A stretch of 64,000 nt of DNA from Octopus sinensis. Lineage: Eukaryota. The stretch covers positions 97,712,001 through 97,776,000 of the forward strand of contig NC_043002.1 in the NCBI RefSeq assembly GCF_006345805.1, given 5' to 3'. Position 1 is the stretch's first letter. Each line of letters begins with the position of its first letter. Below are positions 61,196 through 64,000 of this stretch, in pieces. Position numbers and translations under genes: made by a program. The notes under the pieces were generated by a model, which was given only the letters and a program-made list of their open reading frames with translations, ran no database searches and was not told where the DNA came from.

Positions 61196-61530
61196 ATCAT
61201 CTTTATTCTTAATTGCATCCTTGTGTACGGCTGGCCTCTAATTAATGGGTCATTCAGGAAGGGATGGATGCTATATAAAATTAAATATACTGAAATTGTT
61301 GTGGTTGATTAGTATTTCTAAATCAATCACCCAGTTATTTAAACATTTCTTGTTGAATATAGCCAAGTGTCTTATGGATAGCAGATGAATTTTTTTTTTT
61401 TTTCTGATTGAATTTTATTTTCCCATTTGTAGTGTGGTGTGATTAGCCCCCACTTTGACATATTTTTGAGAAAATAAAATTCAATCAGAAAAAAAGAAGA
61501 AAAAATTCATCTGCTATCCATAAGACACTT
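61196..61530 (+). pseudogene. Second, shorter duplicate of the RPS15A intron/exon fragment plus fold-back
   Basis: Repeats 60017-60347 as part of a ~1.19 kb tandem duplication. Confidence 0.9.
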
Positions 61531-63075
61531 GAATGGTCAGTGACGGCTAGCAGTTGCAGTTCAATTCAGGTGAATATTTCTATTGAAAGGTTTGTTTATG
61601 GAATTTGCGTAGGTGTTATACTAAAAAGCATTAGTGATAAAGTTAAGAGGTAGAAGGTGGAGCAGAAGAAAAGGGAGAATATGAATGAGTGGAAGTAGTG
61701 AGGTGTTGTATGACTTGAAGTTGGCACGTTATGGATTATATCTGTGATTGGGGCTGATTTGTAATGGATTCTATGGAATGTAATATTTGCGTGTGTATTT
61801 CTGTTATTCTAAAGCTGAGGTGTATTAATCGTTTGTCGTAGACCCGTTAAGAAGTGGCCTGTATTTTGTAATAAAGAGAGTTTCTTTACTTATTCGTTGT
61901 CTCGAGGTTGTATCGTCCCTAAATTGGTAGAGGGGGGAAATCCTGAAGCCTGGTGTTTTGTTGTTGGCACAAGTATCTATGTGTTGGCTGAAAGCTATTT
62001 TTCTGTTTTGGGGAATTTTTATCTGGGATCTGTGCAGGGCCATTCTTTTACGCAAACTATTTTTTGTTTGGCCTATGTACTGCTCTTGACACCCAGAGCA
62101 GGTTAGTGTGTATATCAGGTTCTCCGAAGCACATGTGAAGTTGCTTTTCACTGTAAACCGTTGTCCCTGTTTGAAGGAGAACTCTGATCCCTCAATTAGA
62201 TAATCGCATATCCCACAATTGGGTCTTCCACATTTTTTTACTGTCGGCTCCTGTGTTGAGTGTATTCGGGCTTGTGTTAGGAGACTTTTCATAGATTTAG
62301 GCTCTCTCTTGCTTTTTATGATCGTGTGTGTTTGTAGGATTGTGTTCATTCTGCGGTCTTTTTTTTAGGAGGGGTATGTTGTGGAGGATGGTACCGAAGG
62401 CTTCATTGTTGAGAGGGTTGTGTGTGGAGATGTATGGTAAGGCTTTTGGTCGTAAGTTTTTCTTTGATTTGAGATGTCTCAGTTCCTGGATGTTAAGTTG
62501 AATGCACATGTCAATAAGTGAAGGTGGGTAATTCCTGGTGATAAGGGTATCTTTTAGTTCTTGTAGTCGTGTATCTCTGGTGTTTGCATTAGAAACTAGT
62601 GCATATCCTTTTTGCTAGATTGAAGGGGATATTCATCCTGGTGTGTCTGGGGTGGCATGAATTGAATGGAAGATATTGCTTAGAATCTGTAGGCTTATAA
62701 TAGATGTCTGTTTCTATTACATTATTAGCTTTCTTAATGAGGATATCGAGGAAGGGGAGTTGTTGCTGGCTATATTCCATCGTGAATTGGATGTTTACGT
62801 CCAGTCCGTTTAAAATTTCCTGGTATTCTATGAGTTTTTCTATATTTTTATGCCAAAGAATGAAGCAGTCATCTAGATATCTCTTCCAGTTGTTTTCTAT
62901 ATAGATGGAGAAAGGGCTGCTATATCTTTCTAAAACCTTACGATACAGACTGATCTCTAGATATCCTATGGCTAGGTTGGCAAAGGAGGGGGCCATTCGT
63001 GTACCCATCGGAGTCCCCGATTTTTGTCGGTAGAAGTTGTCTTTGAAGGCGAAGAAGTTATTTTCCAGGATGAAT
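61531..63075 (-). mobile_element. Penelope-like element (PLE), 5'-truncated: RT (QKSGTPMG...YLDD) + Cys linker + GIY-YIG endonuclease + 3' UTR
   Basis: ORFs 62589-63137 (RT motifs GTPMG, RYLDDCF, LPFLD, YYKPT) and 61825-62349 (CGRPNCGIC; IYTLTCSGCQEQYIGQT). Two small frameshifts separate them. The Cys-rich RT-EN linker suggests a Neptune-like clade (inference). Confidence 0.93.
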
Positions 63076-63270
63076 TTATATATATATAATATATACACAC
63101 ACATTTCCAGGATGAATATACATATATATATGTACACATTTCACAAAATTTATATATATATATATATATATATAAAAACATAATCAAATAGGGTAATAAA
63201 ATAAATTATTACCAGTGGCCTAGCACAAAAGACTAATTAGTCATTAGACTATATATTTTTCGTATAGAAA

Positions 63271-63540
63271 TATAATAAAAGGCTTCCAAATAAGGAAGCG
63301 TAGTGCTAGAAACACAAAAAGGGATAAATTCATGTCTCAGCTATATCCCAGACAGAACGGTTTCTACCTATTTTTAGCAAACACACAGAATATATTTGCC
63401 AGGCCAGGTTCTTTAGTGGGAAGCCTTTGTAATCATAGGCGCACAGACTGTTAGAAGCACATGTAGATCTAACGGTTTGTATATCCTAACTTTTCAAACC
63501 TCTGCGCAGCACTACACTTCCTTATTTGGAAGCCTTTTAT

Positions 63541-63544
<4 letters not shown>
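63271..63544. mobile_element. Small element with 37-bp terminal inverted repeats, TA-flanked
   Basis: TATAATAAAAGGCTTCCAAATAAGGAAGCGTAGTGCT ... AGCACTACACTTCCTTATTTGGAAGCCTTTTATTATA. Confidence 0.7.
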
Positions 63545-63572
<28 letters not shown>

Positions 63573-63599
63573 CATATATATATATATATAAACTTAGAT

Positions 63600-64000
63600 A
63601 TGTTTCAACCAAAGATTGGTCCAGGCCATGTCTAACTTAATAGCACCACCTGATAGGATTATTCGAATCCTGTTTAAGTCAAGTTTTGTTCAAGTAGTGA
63701 GTTCTTGTTGGGTGAGTTGTATCCAATTATGGGTGGCTTATCTGGTATTCTTTGAAGGAATCTATCCAGACTGTTTAAAGTTGATGGGATCCTTTTCCTC
63801 TTTGATCTCTCTCAGGACAATGTTAAATAGGGCAGGGCCTGTTGAGGAAAAGAAATTATGTTGCAGTGTACATGTATATTGTGATCTTGAATTGGGCATG
63901 GTACGTATAGCCCGTGGTCCAAGTCTTGGATGAACCTCGAAGCTAATGTTTAGGTCGTTTGGGCATAGTTGGCGGTATATTTTCCACATCGTACAAATGA
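63600..64000 (-). mobile_element. Degenerate CR1/L2-group LINE 3' end (runs off window)
   Basis: Minus strand WKIYRQLCPN..HPRLG..NFFSSTGPALFN..NFK pattern of the C-terminal region of CR1-like ORF2. Confidence 0.55.

Noticed and set aside
59900-61530. Second functional RPS15A gene
   Set aside because: Only partial exons, no start or last exon, with missense changes at conserved Arg residues.

Overview
AT-rich, microsatellite- and transposon-dense animal genomic DNA. The repeat families and (TA)n/(CA)n landscape look like an octopus (coleoid cephalopod); this is my inference and was not searched. There are two host genes, divergently oriented: GGCT (gamma-glutamylcyclotransferase, minus strand, 3 coding exons, 170 aa, 41168->37456) and RPS15A/uS8 (plus strand, 4 coding exons, 130 aa, 53421->59773, unusually divergent). 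The rest is mobile DNA: four tRNA-derived SINE families, non-autonomous Helitrons, TTAA- and TA-type MITEs, RTE and CR1/L2 LINE fragments, a Penelope-like element (RT + GIY-YIG) and an ORF1-only Tx1/L1-like element. Most notable: (1) six minimal type I hammerhead-ribozyme motifs from four unrelated sequence families, none visible in the ORF track, several in fold-back TA-embedded elements and one family with a tRNA-like Pol III head; (2) a young RTE whose 3' UTR is expanded into a ~5.9 kb higher-order tandem array; (3) a Penelope insertion joined to a duplicated, folded-back piece of RPS15A exon/intron sequence; (4) a symmetric candidate bidirectional promoter between GGCT and RPS15A. No rRNA, bona fide tRNA genes or CRISPR arrays were found.
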